The translations under genes and the position numbers were made by a program. DNA of 64,000 nt from positions 192,001-256,000 of the forward strand of contig CAVVEU010000008.1 of NCBI GenBank assembly GCA_963747235.1, given 5' to 3'. Positions 23,284 to 32,693 of this stretch are shown piece by piece. This DNA comes from an uncultured Candidatus Rokubacteria bacterium (GTDB lineage: Bacteria > Methylomirabilota > Methylomirabilia > Rokubacteriales > CSP1-6). Every line of letters begins with the position of its first letter. Position 1 is the stretch's first letter. Below the pieces are notes generated by a model that made no database searches, was not told where the DNA came from, and saw nothing but the letters and a program-made list of their open reading frames with translations.

Positions 23284-23694
23284 TCAGCGTTTCGTCTCCC
23301 GCGGCGTGACCGCGATCGCGAGCTTGCCGACGCCGGCGAGCCGGGCCGCGTCCATGACGTCCACCACGCGGCCGTGCAGCACGTCGGTGTCGGCCTCGAT
23401 CACCACCGCCAGCTCGGGCTCGGTGCGGGCGCGGGCCTGCAGGCGCGCGCTGAGCTGGGCCGCGTCCACCGGCTCGCGATCGAGGTAGATGACGCCCTCG
23501 CGCGAGATCGAGACCGAGACCGGGGCGCGCGCCGCTTCCGCGCGGGCCGCCTTGGGCAGGTTGACCGGGATGCCGCCGTGCACCGTCATCGCGAGGCTCG
23601 CCATCATGAAGAAGACGAGCAGGAAGAACACGGTGTCGATCATCGGGATGATCTCGATGCGCGCCTTCCGGGGCGGCCGGCGGCGGAACTTCAC
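23284..23694 (-). CDS. exbD: Biopolymer transporter ExbD/TolR
   Basis: IEIIPMIDTVFFLLVFFM, VNLPKA, VVDVMD; GTGA overlap with exbB stop. Confidence 0.88.
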   Translation of the reverse strand: MKFRRRPPRKARIEIIPMIDTVFFLLVFFMMASLAMTVHGGIPVNLPKAARAEAARAPVSVSISREGVIYLDREPVDAAQLSARLQARARTEPELAVVIEADTDVLHGRVVDVMDAARLAGVGKLAIAVTPRETKR

Positions 23695-24306
23695 GGGACC
23701 TGCTGCTCCCGCAGCGTGAGGTCGAGACGGCTGGCGAGGCGCTCCATCGCGTCCATGGCGCTGCTCGGCCCGGGACAGGAAGTAGTTGTAGGGCACCAGG
23801 GTCGCGATCGCGATGGCGAGGCCGGCCGCGGTGGCGATCAGGGCCTCGGCCACCCCGCCGGTGATGGCGTTCGGCTGGTTCATGCCGCTCGTGGAGAGGA
23901 TGCCGAACGCGGCGATCATGCCGGTGACGGTGCCGAGCAGCCCGAGCAGGGGCGAGAGCGTGATGATGGTGTCGAGCACCGGGAGGTAGTTGCGGAGCCG
24001 GCTCATCTCGGTCTGCGCGGCCGCTTCCATCGCGGCGGCGGGCGGGGCCTGCCGCTCGGCGAGCCCCGCCGCGATCACGCGGGCGGTCGCGGTGCGGGAG
24101 GCACGGGCGACCTCGAGCGCCTCGTCCAGCTTGCCGCGCTCGGCCAGCTCGAGCGCGCGCTCGGCGGGGCTCAGGTCGCCCTGGCGCCACCAGAAGCCGA
24201 GCCGCTCGATCACCACCGCCAGGGCCACGACGGAGCAGATCACCAGCGGGATCATCACGGGCCCGCCCTTGGCGAGCATCTGGATCAGAGAGCCGATGTG
24301 AAACAC
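23691..24306 (-). CDS. exbB: ExbB/MotA/TolQ proton channel (frameshift near 23755)
   Basis: GGPVM, SPLLGLLGTVTGMI, GVAEALIATAAGL. Confidence 0.88.
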
Positions 24307-24408
24307 GACGCGTCCCTCGCTGCCGGCTCCGTCGCGGGGACGGCCGGCTCTGGTGGCTCGCTGCCCGGGCGGGAACGCCCGTCGGGGTGGCTGGCTGGGG
24401 TGAACGGG

Positions 24409-24588
24409 TTACTTGGTCAGGATCAGCTTGTCCGCCTTGGTGATGTGCAGCCGGTATTCCTGGCCTCGATGCACGATGACGACCTCACGACGTCCCCGGA
24501 ACAGCTCCGTGCTCGCGATCCGCACGTTCGCGCGCGTCGCCGCGGGAGCGTCGCGCGCGATGGGAGCCTCGCCGGGGTCGTCGATCAC
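24409..24588 (-). CDS. hemP: Hemin uptake protein HemP
   Basis: [34 protein letters not shown] with terminal KLILTK signature. Confidence 0.88.
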   Translation of the reverse strand: MIDDPGEAPIARDAPAATRANVRIASTELFRGRREVVIVHRGQEYRLHITKADKLILTK

Positions 24589-25064
24589 GTATCCTCTTCC
24601 TTGATCTGCTGGGAGAGATAGTGCGCCTCTCCCACCTGCCGGATCAGCTCCATCTGTTCCTCGATCCAATCGATGTGCCCCTCTTCTGCGGTCAGGATGT
24701 CTTCCACCAGATCGCGGGTGCCGTTGTCGCCCAGGCCGCGGCACAATTCCACGCCCGCGTTGAGCGCGGCCACCGCGGCCCGCTCCAGCTCGAGATCGAG
24801 CCGGAGCTGCTCGGGCACCGTCTGCCCCACGTTCACCTTGCTGAGGCGCTGCACGTTGGGCACGCCCTCCAGGTACAGGATCCGCTCGATGAGCCGGTCG
24901 GCGTGCCGCATCTCACCGATCGATTCTTCGCGCAGCTTCTTCCACAGGCGCTTGTAGCCCCAGTTCTCGCACATCCGCGCGTGGATGAAGTACTGGTTGA
25001 TGGCGGTCAGCTCCGCCGTGAGGATGTCGTTGAGCAGGCTCACCACCTGGTCGTGCCCCTTCAT
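24585..25064 (-). CDS. bfr: Bacterioferritin
   Basis: MKG...[17 protein letters not shown] (haem Met), RILYLEG, EEGHIDW. Confidence 0.95.
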   Translation of the reverse strand: MKGHDQVVSLLNDILTAELTAINQYFIHARMCENWGYKRLWKKLREESIGEMRHADRLIERILYLEGVPNVQRLSKVNVGQTVPEQLRLDLELERAAVAALNAGVELCRGLGDNGTRDLVEDILTAEEGHIDWIEEQMELIRQVGEAHYLSQQIKEEDT

Positions 25065-25117
25065 AGATTCCCCCCGTGAGGACGTTAGTGGACTGCTGCC
25101 GCCCACCATAGTGCCCG

Positions 25118-25278
25118 TCACGGGCCCGCTCCACCAGCGCGTCCAGGAGGTCGCCGCAGGCGCCGCAGTCCCCGCCCGCGCCGCACGCGCGCTCGATCTG
25201 GGCGGGGGTGCACGCGCCCTCCGCGATGACCGCCTCCACGGTGCGGTCGGAGACGCCGCGGCAGAGGCAGAGGATCAT
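25118..25278 (-). CDS. bfd: Bacterioferritin-associated [2Fe-2S] ferredoxin (3' end uncertain)
   Basis: CLC...CGAC Bfd motif immediately upstream of bfr. Confidence 0.82.
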
Positions 25279-25361
25279 CCGCGGGGGCTCCGGGAGACGG
25301 CCGGCCGGTCGATCATTCGGGTACCTTTCCGTTCACTCTTAGGGCCCTGTTCCTACGGCGG

Positions 25362-25393
25362 TTAGGTATACCTAATCATGTTTGGGCTGTCAA
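25362..25393 (-). promoter_or_regulatory. sigma70 promoter of bfd operon overlapped by a 14-bp palindromic operator
   Basis: Minus strand TTGACA (25393-25388)-17 bp-TATACC; perfect palindrome TTAGGTATACCTAA at 25362-25375. Confidence 0.7.
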
Positions 25394-25474
25394 CGAAGAA
25401 TTTTGCGCCGGATTCCGGCTCCGGTCGGACTACCATCTGGACGCTCCACCAACCTGACCCGAGGGAGGCGTCAC

Positions 25475-26723
25475 ATGCGCATGCGACAGACCGTGAAGTG
25501 GCTGTGGGGTGTGGCTGCTCGCGATGGCCCTGGCGATGGCGCCCGCCGCGCCGGCCGTGGCCGACGAGACCTGCCAGTCCCCCTTCCTGCCCAAGGTGAC
25601 GGGCCAGGAAGACTTCATCTACGTGTGGACCCTCGGGGTGAAGGGGGTGGCGGACGGCAACGACAGCATCGTCACGGTGGACGTCAACCCGACGTCGGGC
25701 CGCTACGGCCAGATCGTCCACCGGGCCCCGGTGCCCGGCCAGCACGAGGCCCACCACGCCGGCTTCACCGATGACCGGCGGTTCCTCTGGGCGGGCGGCC
25801 TCGACACCAGCCAGATCTTCATCTTCGACGTGGCCACGAACCCGGCCCAGCCGAAGCTGGTGAAGACGATCAAGACCTTCGTGAAGGACACCGGCGGCCT
25901 GGTGGGCCCCCACACGTTCTACGCGCTGCCGGGGCGGATGCTGATCTCGGCCCTGTCCAACGCCAAGGACGGCGGCGGCCGGACCGGGCTGGCCGAGTAC
26001 AGCAACGACGGCCGGTTCATCCGGACGATCTGGATGCCCGCGGAGGCGGTCTACGGCTACGACGTGCGGGTCAACGTCAACCTCAACCGCATGCTCACGT
26101 CGTCGTTCGCGGGCCGGAAGAACTACATGCGGCCGATCGGGGAGCTCCTGAAGGACGGCGAGGCGATGAAGCAGTTCGGCTCGTCGGTCATCGTGTGGGA
26201 CTTCCACGCGCGCAAGCCGCTGCAGGTGCTCTCGGTTCCCGGCGCCCCGCTCGAGCTCCGGTGGGCGCTGCTGCCGAATCACCCGTACGCCTTCACCTCC
26301 ACCGCGCTCACCGGGCAGCTCGTGCTGATCCACCAGCAGGCGGACGGCAAGTGGGCGGCCAAGAACATCGCCGAGATCGGGGCCAATATCCCGGTCGACA
26401 TCAGCATCGCGCCCGACGACAGCAAGATCTACGTCAACTCCTACGGCGACGGCACGATGCGGATCTACGACGTGACCAATCCGTTCGAGGGCAAGCTGAT
26501 CCACCAGGTGAAGCTCGGGGACCAGGCCAACATGGTGTCGACCTCGTGGGACGGCCAGCGCGTGTACGCCACCACCTCGCTGCTCTCGCAGTGGGACAAG
26601 CCCGGCGATCAGTGGCTCAAGGGCATGGCCTGGGAGGACGGCAAGCTGGTGCCGAAGTTCACCACCGACTTCACCAAGGTCGGCCGCGCGCACATCATGA
26701 ACTTCGGGAGCAAGTCCCGGTAG
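25475..26723 (+). CDS. SBP56-family selenium-binding protein / methanethiol oxidase-like, exported (indel in signal peptide)
   Basis: Signal peptide then DETCQSP, YVWTLG, EAHH, GPHT, PLELRW, SLLSQWD; SD GGGAGG. Confidence 0.85.
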
Positions 26724-26725
26724 CC

Positions 26726-27424
26726 ATGCGGAGCCGTCTCGGTCCGGGCGCGCTCGCGGTCGTCCTGGCCGCGGGCGCGCTGGGGCCGGGGATCGCGACG
26801 GCGCATTCGACCGGCCCCGCGGCCCCGGACGAGTTCATCCAGGGCGCGTTCACCCCCGCGTTCGTGCCGCCGCCGCCGGGCAGCTACGAGCTGCCCGCGA
26901 TCAAGCGCGTGGGCGCCTTCACGCTCCGCGACACCGCGGGGCGGGCGGTGGACACCCGCTCGCTGATGGCGGGCAAGATCGCGGTGGTGAGCTTCATCTA
27001 CACCGCGTGTCCGGACCGGCTCGGCTGCCCGCTGGCGAGCCAGACCCTGCGCGATCTCCAGGCGCGGCTGCGCGAGAGCGGGCTCGCGCGGCAGGCCGCG
27101 CTGGTCTCGATCAGCTTCGATCCGGAGCGGGACCATCCCGCCCAGCTCGCGAAGTACGCGCAGGTCTACGACGCCGATCCCGCGCTCTGGCGCTTCCTGA
27201 CCGCGCCGTCCGGACGCGTGCTCGACGCGGTGCTGGAGAGCTACGGGCAGGACCGGACGCCCGAGCGGGACGAGCGGGGCCGGCCCACCGGACGCATTCG
27301 CCACGTGCTGAAGGTGTTCCTGGTGGATCGCGAGGGGTTCATCCGCAACGTCTACAGCGCGGGGTTCCTGGTGCCGGAGCTGGTGCTCAACGACATCCGC
27401 ACCCTCACCCTGGGCGAGCGCTGA
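26726..27424 (+). CDS. SCO/SenC-family copper chaperone
   Basis: SFIYTACPDRLGCP, SISFDPERD, RH...VFLVD; signal peptide. Confidence 0.85.
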   Translation: MRSRLGPGALAVVLAAGALGPGIATAHSTGPAAPDEFIQGAFTPAFVPPPPGSYELPAIKRVGAFTLRDTAGRAVDTRSLMAGKIAVVSFIYTACPDRLGCPLASQTLRDLQARLRESGLARQAALVSISFDPERDHPAQLAKYAQVYDADPALWRFLTAPSGRVLDAVLESYGQDRTPERDERGRPTGRIRHVLKVFLVDREGFIRNVYSAGFLVPELVLNDIRTLTLGER

Positions 27425-27491
27425 CCCCTCACCCTCAGGGCCCCTCACCCTCAGGCCCCCTCACCCTACCCTCTCCCCAGAGGGGAGAGGG
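27425..27491. repeat. REP-like element with two extra tandem copies of its 5' arm
   Basis: CCCCTCACCCTCAGG x2 then CCCCTCACCCTACCCTCTCCCCAGAGGGGAGAGGG directly after TGA. Confidence 0.85.
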
Positions 27492-27499
27492 TTCGCCCG

Positions 27500-28036
27500 C
27501 TAGAGGACGTAGAGGAGGGGACGGGCGCGCAGCGACGCCTCGTCCCAGAAGCCGGTGGCGCGCAGCTCGTCGAGCGCCTTGGCCGCGTCGTCGCCGCGCA
27601 TGACCGCGAGGGTCTCTCCGCCCGGGAAGAACCCCCCGAACGCCATGCGCCCACCGCCCCGCGCCTCGATCAGCGCGAACGACGCCATCTCCACGTCGGG
27701 GGCCACGCCTTCCACCAGCATCACCGGGCGCGAGCCGTCGGTGACGAGCGGGGGCAGCTCCCAGGGCTCGAGGAACTGGGAGAAGGAGCGCGGCGTGTAG
27801 CTCAGCCAGACCCCGCCCGTGAAGTAGGGATCCTCCTCCACCAGGCGGCGCAGGTCGTCCGGCTGCTGGAGGCGGTAGAACACGTCGGCCCCGCGACCGT
27901 CCGGGGTGGGCCCGCCGCCGATGACGAGCCCTTGCGATCGGAGGCCCATGAGCCGATCGAGGTGGGTCTTGCGATGGGGCTCGCGCTTCTGCAGGTAGTC
28001 GTCGCCGGTCTTGATCGCGACGTGGAAGACGATCAC
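27500..28036 (-). CDS. Extended YciI-family protein
   Basis: REPHRKTHLDRL, GGP, EEDPYF; second degenerate half; GTGA overlap with upstream gene. Confidence 0.7.
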   Translation of the reverse strand: MIVFHVAIKTGDDYLQKREPHRKTHLDRLMGLRSQGLVIGGGPTPDGRGADVFYRLQQPDDLRRLVEEDPYFTGGVWLSYTPRSFSQFLEPWELPPLVTDGSRPVMLVEGVAPDVEMASFALIEARGGGRMAFGGFFPGGETLAVMRGDDAAKALDELRATGFWDEASLRARPLLYVL

Positions 28037-28791
28037 GGCGTCACCCAGCCGCCCGCGAACGGGATGACCTGGCCGATGAAGAAGTCGGCGTCCTCGGAGG
28101 CCAGGTACACGGCCAGGCGGGCGGATTCCTCGCCGCGGGCGAGCCGGCCCGCCGGGATGTTCTTGACCATGCGCGCGAGGCGGGCCGGGTCGCCGGTGAG
28201 GGCGGGCGGGAAGTAGGTCGGGTTCTCGACGTAGTTCTGCGCGATCGCGTTGACCTGGATGCCCGCGCCCGCCACCTCGCGCCCGACCGCCTTGGTGAGG
28301 CCGTTCACGCCCGCCCGCGCCGCGGTGTAGGCCGCGTAGTTGGGGAGGCCGGGGAACGCGGCGGCCGAGGACATGTTGATGATCTTGCCGCGCCCGGCCG
28401 GCCGCATCACCCGGAGCGCGGCGCGCAGGCAGAAGAACGGCTCGTCGAGCAGCCGCGCCATCATCTCGCGCCACGCCGCGTCGGTGATCTCCTCGACCGG
28501 GCTCCCGGACGGCGGGTGCGCGTTGTTGTTGACGAGGATGTCGAGCCGGCCGAAGCGCGCCACCACCGCCTCCACCGCGCGCTCCGCCTCGCCCGAGCGG
28601 CTCAGGTCGCCGCCGAGCGAGAGCACGTCGCGCCCGAGGCGCTCCGCGATGAGCGCGTAGGGCTTGATCGCCGCCTCGTCGCGGTCGTGCAGCGCCACCG
28701 AGGCGCCCTCGCGGCAGAACTCCTCGGTGATGGCGGGGCCCATGAAGTGGCTGACGTTGGTGATGAGGGCGATCTTTCCGGTGAGCTTCAT
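28033..28791 (-). CDS. Halohydrin dehalogenase (SDR fold, HheD-like)
   Basis: T-X4-F-X-G (TNVSHFMG) and S-X12-Y-X3-R (SAAAFPGLPNYAAYTAAR); QVNAIAQNYVENPTYFP. Confidence 0.82.
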   Translation of the reverse strand: MKLTGKIALITNVSHFMGPAITEEFCREGASVALHDRDEAAIKPYALIAERLGRDVLSLGGDLSRSGEAERAVEAVVARFGRLDILVNNNAHPPSGSPVEEITDAAWREMMARLLDEPFFCLRAALRVMRPAGRGKIINMSSAAAFPGLPNYAAYTAARAGVNGLTKAVGREVAGAGIQVNAIAQNYVENPTYFPPALTGDPARLARMVKNIPAGRLARGEESARLAVYLASEDADFFIGQVIPFAGGWVTP

Positions 28792-28882
28792 GGGCCGGTG
28801 ACCTTCATGGCCCCGAGCCTACTCGGGGCTTCGCGGCCGCGCAAGGCCGTGGTAACGTGAGGGCGCGGGCAAGGGAGGTGCC

Positions 28883-31472
28883 GTGGCCGTGGCAGAGCAG
28901 CTCCTCGAGTCGTTCAAGGCCCGCTACCAGTTTCCGCTCGACGACTTCCAGCTCCGGGCCATCGCGGCCATCCTCGACGGCAAGTCGGTGATCGTGTCCG
29001 CGCCGACCGGCTCGGGCAAGACCCTGGTGGCCGAGTTCGCCATCCACGCCGCGCTCGCACCGCGGCCGCCGCATCGCCTACACCACGCCGCTCAAGGCGC
29101 TCTCCAACCAGAAGTACGCCGACTTCGTCCGCCAGTGGGGCGCCGAGCAGGTCGGCATCCTCACCGGCGACGTCAAGGTCAACTCCCGCGCGCCGGTGGT
29201 GGTGATGACCACCGAGATCCTGCGCAACATGTTCTACTCGGGCGGGCTCGCGGGCCTCGACACGGTGGTGCTCGACGAGTGCCACTACATGGGCGACGAG
29301 GGGCGGGGGACGGTGTGGGAGGAGATCATCGTCAACTGCCCGAAGGACGTGGCCCTGGTCGCCCTGTCCGCCACCGTGCGCAACGTGGACGAGATCGCGG
29401 ACTGGATCAGCCTGGTGCACCGGCCCATCGTGGCCATCACCCATCCGCACCGGCCGGTGCCGCTGCAGTACCTGGTCGCGGACCTCTCGGGCGAGATCCA
29501 CACCTACGACGCGGTCCGCCACGGGAAGGTGCGCCTGCTCGGCGAGGAGCGCGAGGGCGGCTACAACGACCGCGGGCGCTGGTACACGCGCCGGGTGGTG
29601 GATCCCACCGTGATGCTCGACGAGCTGGAGAGCCGCGGGTGGCTGCCCGCCATCTACTTCATCTTCAGCCGCGCGGGCTGCGAGCGGGCGATGGAGACGG
29701 TCCTGGCCGAGGGCAAGCCGCTGCTGACGCGCGAGCAGCAGCGGCAGGTGGACGAGGCGATCCGCGAGCAGGTCACCGACAACCCGACCATCGCGGAGTC
29801 GCCGCTCAACCAGACCATCTTCCAGGCGCTCGGCATGGGGGTCGGGCTCCACCACGCGGGCATCCTGCCCACCGTGAAGCGCTTCATCGAGCTGCTCTTC
29901 GAGCGGGGCCTCTGCAAGGTGGTGTTCGCCACCGAGACGATGTCGCTCGGCATCCACATGCCGGCCAAGAGCGTGATGCTCCAGTCGCTGACCAAGCGCA
30001 CCGACCGCGGCTTCCGCAGCCTCACCCACAACGAGCTGACCCAGATGGCGGGGCGCGCGGGCCGCCGCGGCATCGATCCCGAGGGCAAGTGCGTGATGGC
30101 CCTCGACGTGCGCGACGGGCTCGACGACATGAAGCGGGTGGTGAACGGCCCGCCCGAGCCGATCGCGAGCCAGTTCAAGCTGGGCTACGGCTCGGTGGCG
30201 CTCCTGCTCTCGACCGGCAACGACCTCGCGACGATCCGGCGCATCGTCGAGTCCTCGTTCGGGCAGTACCAGAACATGAAGCGCATCAAGTCGCTCGAGA
30301 CCGACGTGCGAAGCCTCGAGATGGCGGTCGCCGACGGCCAGCGCTTTGACGCCCCCTGCGGCGACTTCGCGCGCATCGGCCGCTACCGCCAGGCCCGCTC
30401 CGAGCTCGAGGTGGCGCGGATGGCGCGCGGACGGGGCGGGCGGCGCGGGCGCGCCGCGGCGGACGCGGAGCCCGGGCGCCTCGCGCTGGTGCGGCGCAAG
30501 AGCGGCGCCAGCCTCGGCCTCATCGTGGGGGTGGACCGGCGGCGGCACCGCGATCTGATCCAGGTGCTGCTGGCCCACGGCGGCACCGTGCAGATGAAGG
30601 AAGGCAACGTGAAGCGCGTCTTCTGGCAGACGCCGCCGCTGCACGTGCCGCGCGACTGGGAGCAGCGCACCCGCGGGCTCACCGAGCAGATGACGCGCCT
30701 GTCGGTGCCCGAGCTGATCGAGCGCGAGAAGAGCCACGGCCCGGAGGGCGCGCTCGCCGCCATCGAGTGCCACCGCTGCCCGTGGGGCTCGCAGAGCCGC
30801 TGCGAGCAGGCCTGGAAGGGCCTCGACGGGGTGGACCGGCAGCTCGCCCAGAAGCGGGAGATGCTCGACGCCTTCCGCAACGCGTACTGGCAGGAGTTTC
30901 TCCGGGTCGTCGAGGTGCTGGAGCGCTTCGGGGCGGTGCAGGACGCCAAGCTCCTCGCCAAGGGCCAGCTCATCGCCGGGCTCCGGCACGACAACGAGCT
31001 GCTGGTGGCCGAGGTGGTGGACCGCGGCGTCCTCCGCGACACCACGCTCGCGGAGGCGGCCGCGCTCTGCTCCGGGCTCATCGAGGAGTCGCGCTCCGGG
31101 GACGCGGCGGTGGCGCGGCTCTTCCTCAAGAAGCGGCCCAAGATCAAGCGCAAGCTGCAGGAGATGGAGTCCGTCGCGAACACCGTGCTCGAGGTCCAGC
31201 GGCGGCACGGGCTGCCGATGCCGGTGTCCATCTCCACCGGCTTCATGCCGTCGGTGTTCCGCTGGGCCTCCGGCGAGGACGACTGGTCCGCGATCGTGGA
31301 GGAGTCCTTCGGCGGCCACGAGGGGGACCTGATCCGCGCCATGCGGCGGCTCATCGACGTCCTGCGCCAGCTCGCGGAGTCGCCCGAGGTCGAGCCGGTG
31401 GTGGCCGGCCTCCTGAGCCGGGCGTCCCGGGTCATCGACCGCGGGATCGTGCTGGAGTCCGCCCTGATTTGA
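28883..31472 (+). CDS. Ski2/HelY-like DEAD/DEAH RNA helicase (frameshift near 29060)
   Basis: APTGSGKT, PLKALSNQK, DECH, LSAT, QMAGRAGRRG, DSHCT EGDLIR. Confidence 0.9.
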
Positions 31473-31525
31473 GGGGCCGGCGGCCCCTCGTATATATAAT
31501 GAGGCCATCCATGATGAGGATCACC

Positions 31526-32032
31526 ATGAGCCGACTGACCCGCTCGTCCTCCCGGCTGGCCGCGGCGGCGCTCCTGACCGCCGCGTGCGCGGCGACCGAG
31601 CCCGTGCTCGAGCGCACCACCCGGGGCCCCAACGCCGAGGAGTTCTTCATCATGCAGTCGTTCGCGGTCAACGGCCGGAGCCCCAACTTCGACGAGAAGC
31701 GCGTCTGGCAGGACCAGATGGACGAGAAGGTCTTCAAGTATCTCCGCGAGCATCCGGAGCTCGAGAACACGTCGCGCTACAGCGAGTTCCGCTTCTGGCG
31801 CCAGGTGACCAGCGGCAGCACCCCCGGCGAGGTGAAGATCCTGCTGGGCGAGCCGCGCGAGCGGACCATCGATTCCGCCCTGATGGCCTCGCTCGGCGAG
31901 CAGCACTGGCAGGCGGTCCGGACCACCGCCAAGGAAGCCTGGGTGTACCCGCTCGGCTGGGTCGTCTTCTTCGACGACAAGGGCGTGGTGGACCTGCTCC
32001 GTCGGGTCTCGCCGCTCGATCGCGAAGAATAG
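31526..32032 (+). CDS. Hypothetical lipoprotein (BamE/SmpA-like C-terminal motif)
   Basis: Lipobox LTAAC; GSTPGEVKILLGEP...EAWVY. Confidence 0.6.
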   Translation: MSRLTRSSSRLAAAALLTAACAATEPVLERTTRGPNAEEFFIMQSFAVNGRSPNFDEKRVWQDQMDEKVFKYLREHPELENTSRYSEFRFWRQVTSGSTPGEVKILLGEPRERTIDSALMASLGEQHWQAVRTTAKEAWVYPLGWVVFFDDKGVVDLLRRVSPLDREE

Positions 32033-32036
32033 CTGC

Positions 32037-32693
32037 GTGCTAGACTTGGGCGTCTTCACGACGACGCCCATGCCGAGTACGAGTGCCCTCACGTGGATCG
32101 AGCCGGGAGCGAGCGCCACCCTCATCTGGCACGGCGCGGTGGCGTCCCAGCCCGGTGGCGGCCGGCTCTACGTGGTGTCCGGCCCCATCCTGGAGCTGCC
32201 CCCCGCGTCCCCCTACTTCATCCTCGCCGCCGAGGAAGACGACGACTTCGCGGCGCGGCTCTATCGCGACCAGGTGACGCTGCCCGACCTGCGCGCCTTC
32301 CTGGCCCGCTGCCGCGTCACTCGCGGCGCACTGGTGGACGACCAGCAGTACGTCGCCGCCGCCGAGGAGGCGCCGGTGCTCGCGGTGCTCGACGACTGGC
32401 GCGAGCGGTCGGGGCCCCCGGCGCTGCCGTATCTCGACGACATCAACGCGTTCATGCCCGCGGCCGCCCCGCTCTACGTGACCGCGGAGGCCCACGCGGC
32501 CGCGCAGCGCGAGGCGGAGCAGTTCAGCACCGCGTGGGTGTGCGACGAGTGCGGCGAGGCCGAGGACGCGGGCGTCTTCTTCTGGACCGCGCACCGCGGG
32601 CCGGTGGTGCGCGTGTGCTTTCTCATCCACAACGACGCCGGGGTCTGGACCTGCCGGCTCCACCCGTTCGAGTTCGCGAAGGAGACCGCATGA
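32037..32693 (+). CDS. Hypothetical protein with C-terminal Cys/His cluster
   Basis: GC3-biased ORF; CDEC...C...H...C..H; ATGA overlap with next gene; start uncertain. Confidence 0.6.
   Translation: MLDLGVFTTTPMPSTSALTWIEPGASATLIWHGAVASQPGGGRLYVVSGPILELPPASPYFILAAEEDDDFAARLYRDQVTLPDLRAFLARCRVTRGALVDDQQYVAAAEEAPVLAVLDDWRERSGPPALPYLDDINAFMPAAAPLYVTAEAHAAAQREAEQFSTAWVCDECGEAEDAGVFFWTAHRGPVVRVCFLIHNDAGVWTCRLHPFEFAKETA

Noticed and set aside
23284-24306. ExbB-ExbD fusion (340-aa ORF)
   Set aside because: A frameshift near 23755 produces junk linker; a normal GTGA stop/start overlap exists at 23691-23694
17535-25530. Many frameshifts as programmed frameshifting or mass pseudogenisation
   Set aside because: Single-base indels in GC runs, scattered over unrelated genes with intact motifs and no slippery-site pattern; sequencing error is more parsimonious
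25475-26723. SBP56 gene as part of the selenocysteine system
   Set aside because: No in-frame TGA; the family name reflects Se binding, and the gene is about 24 kb from the Sec-redoxin
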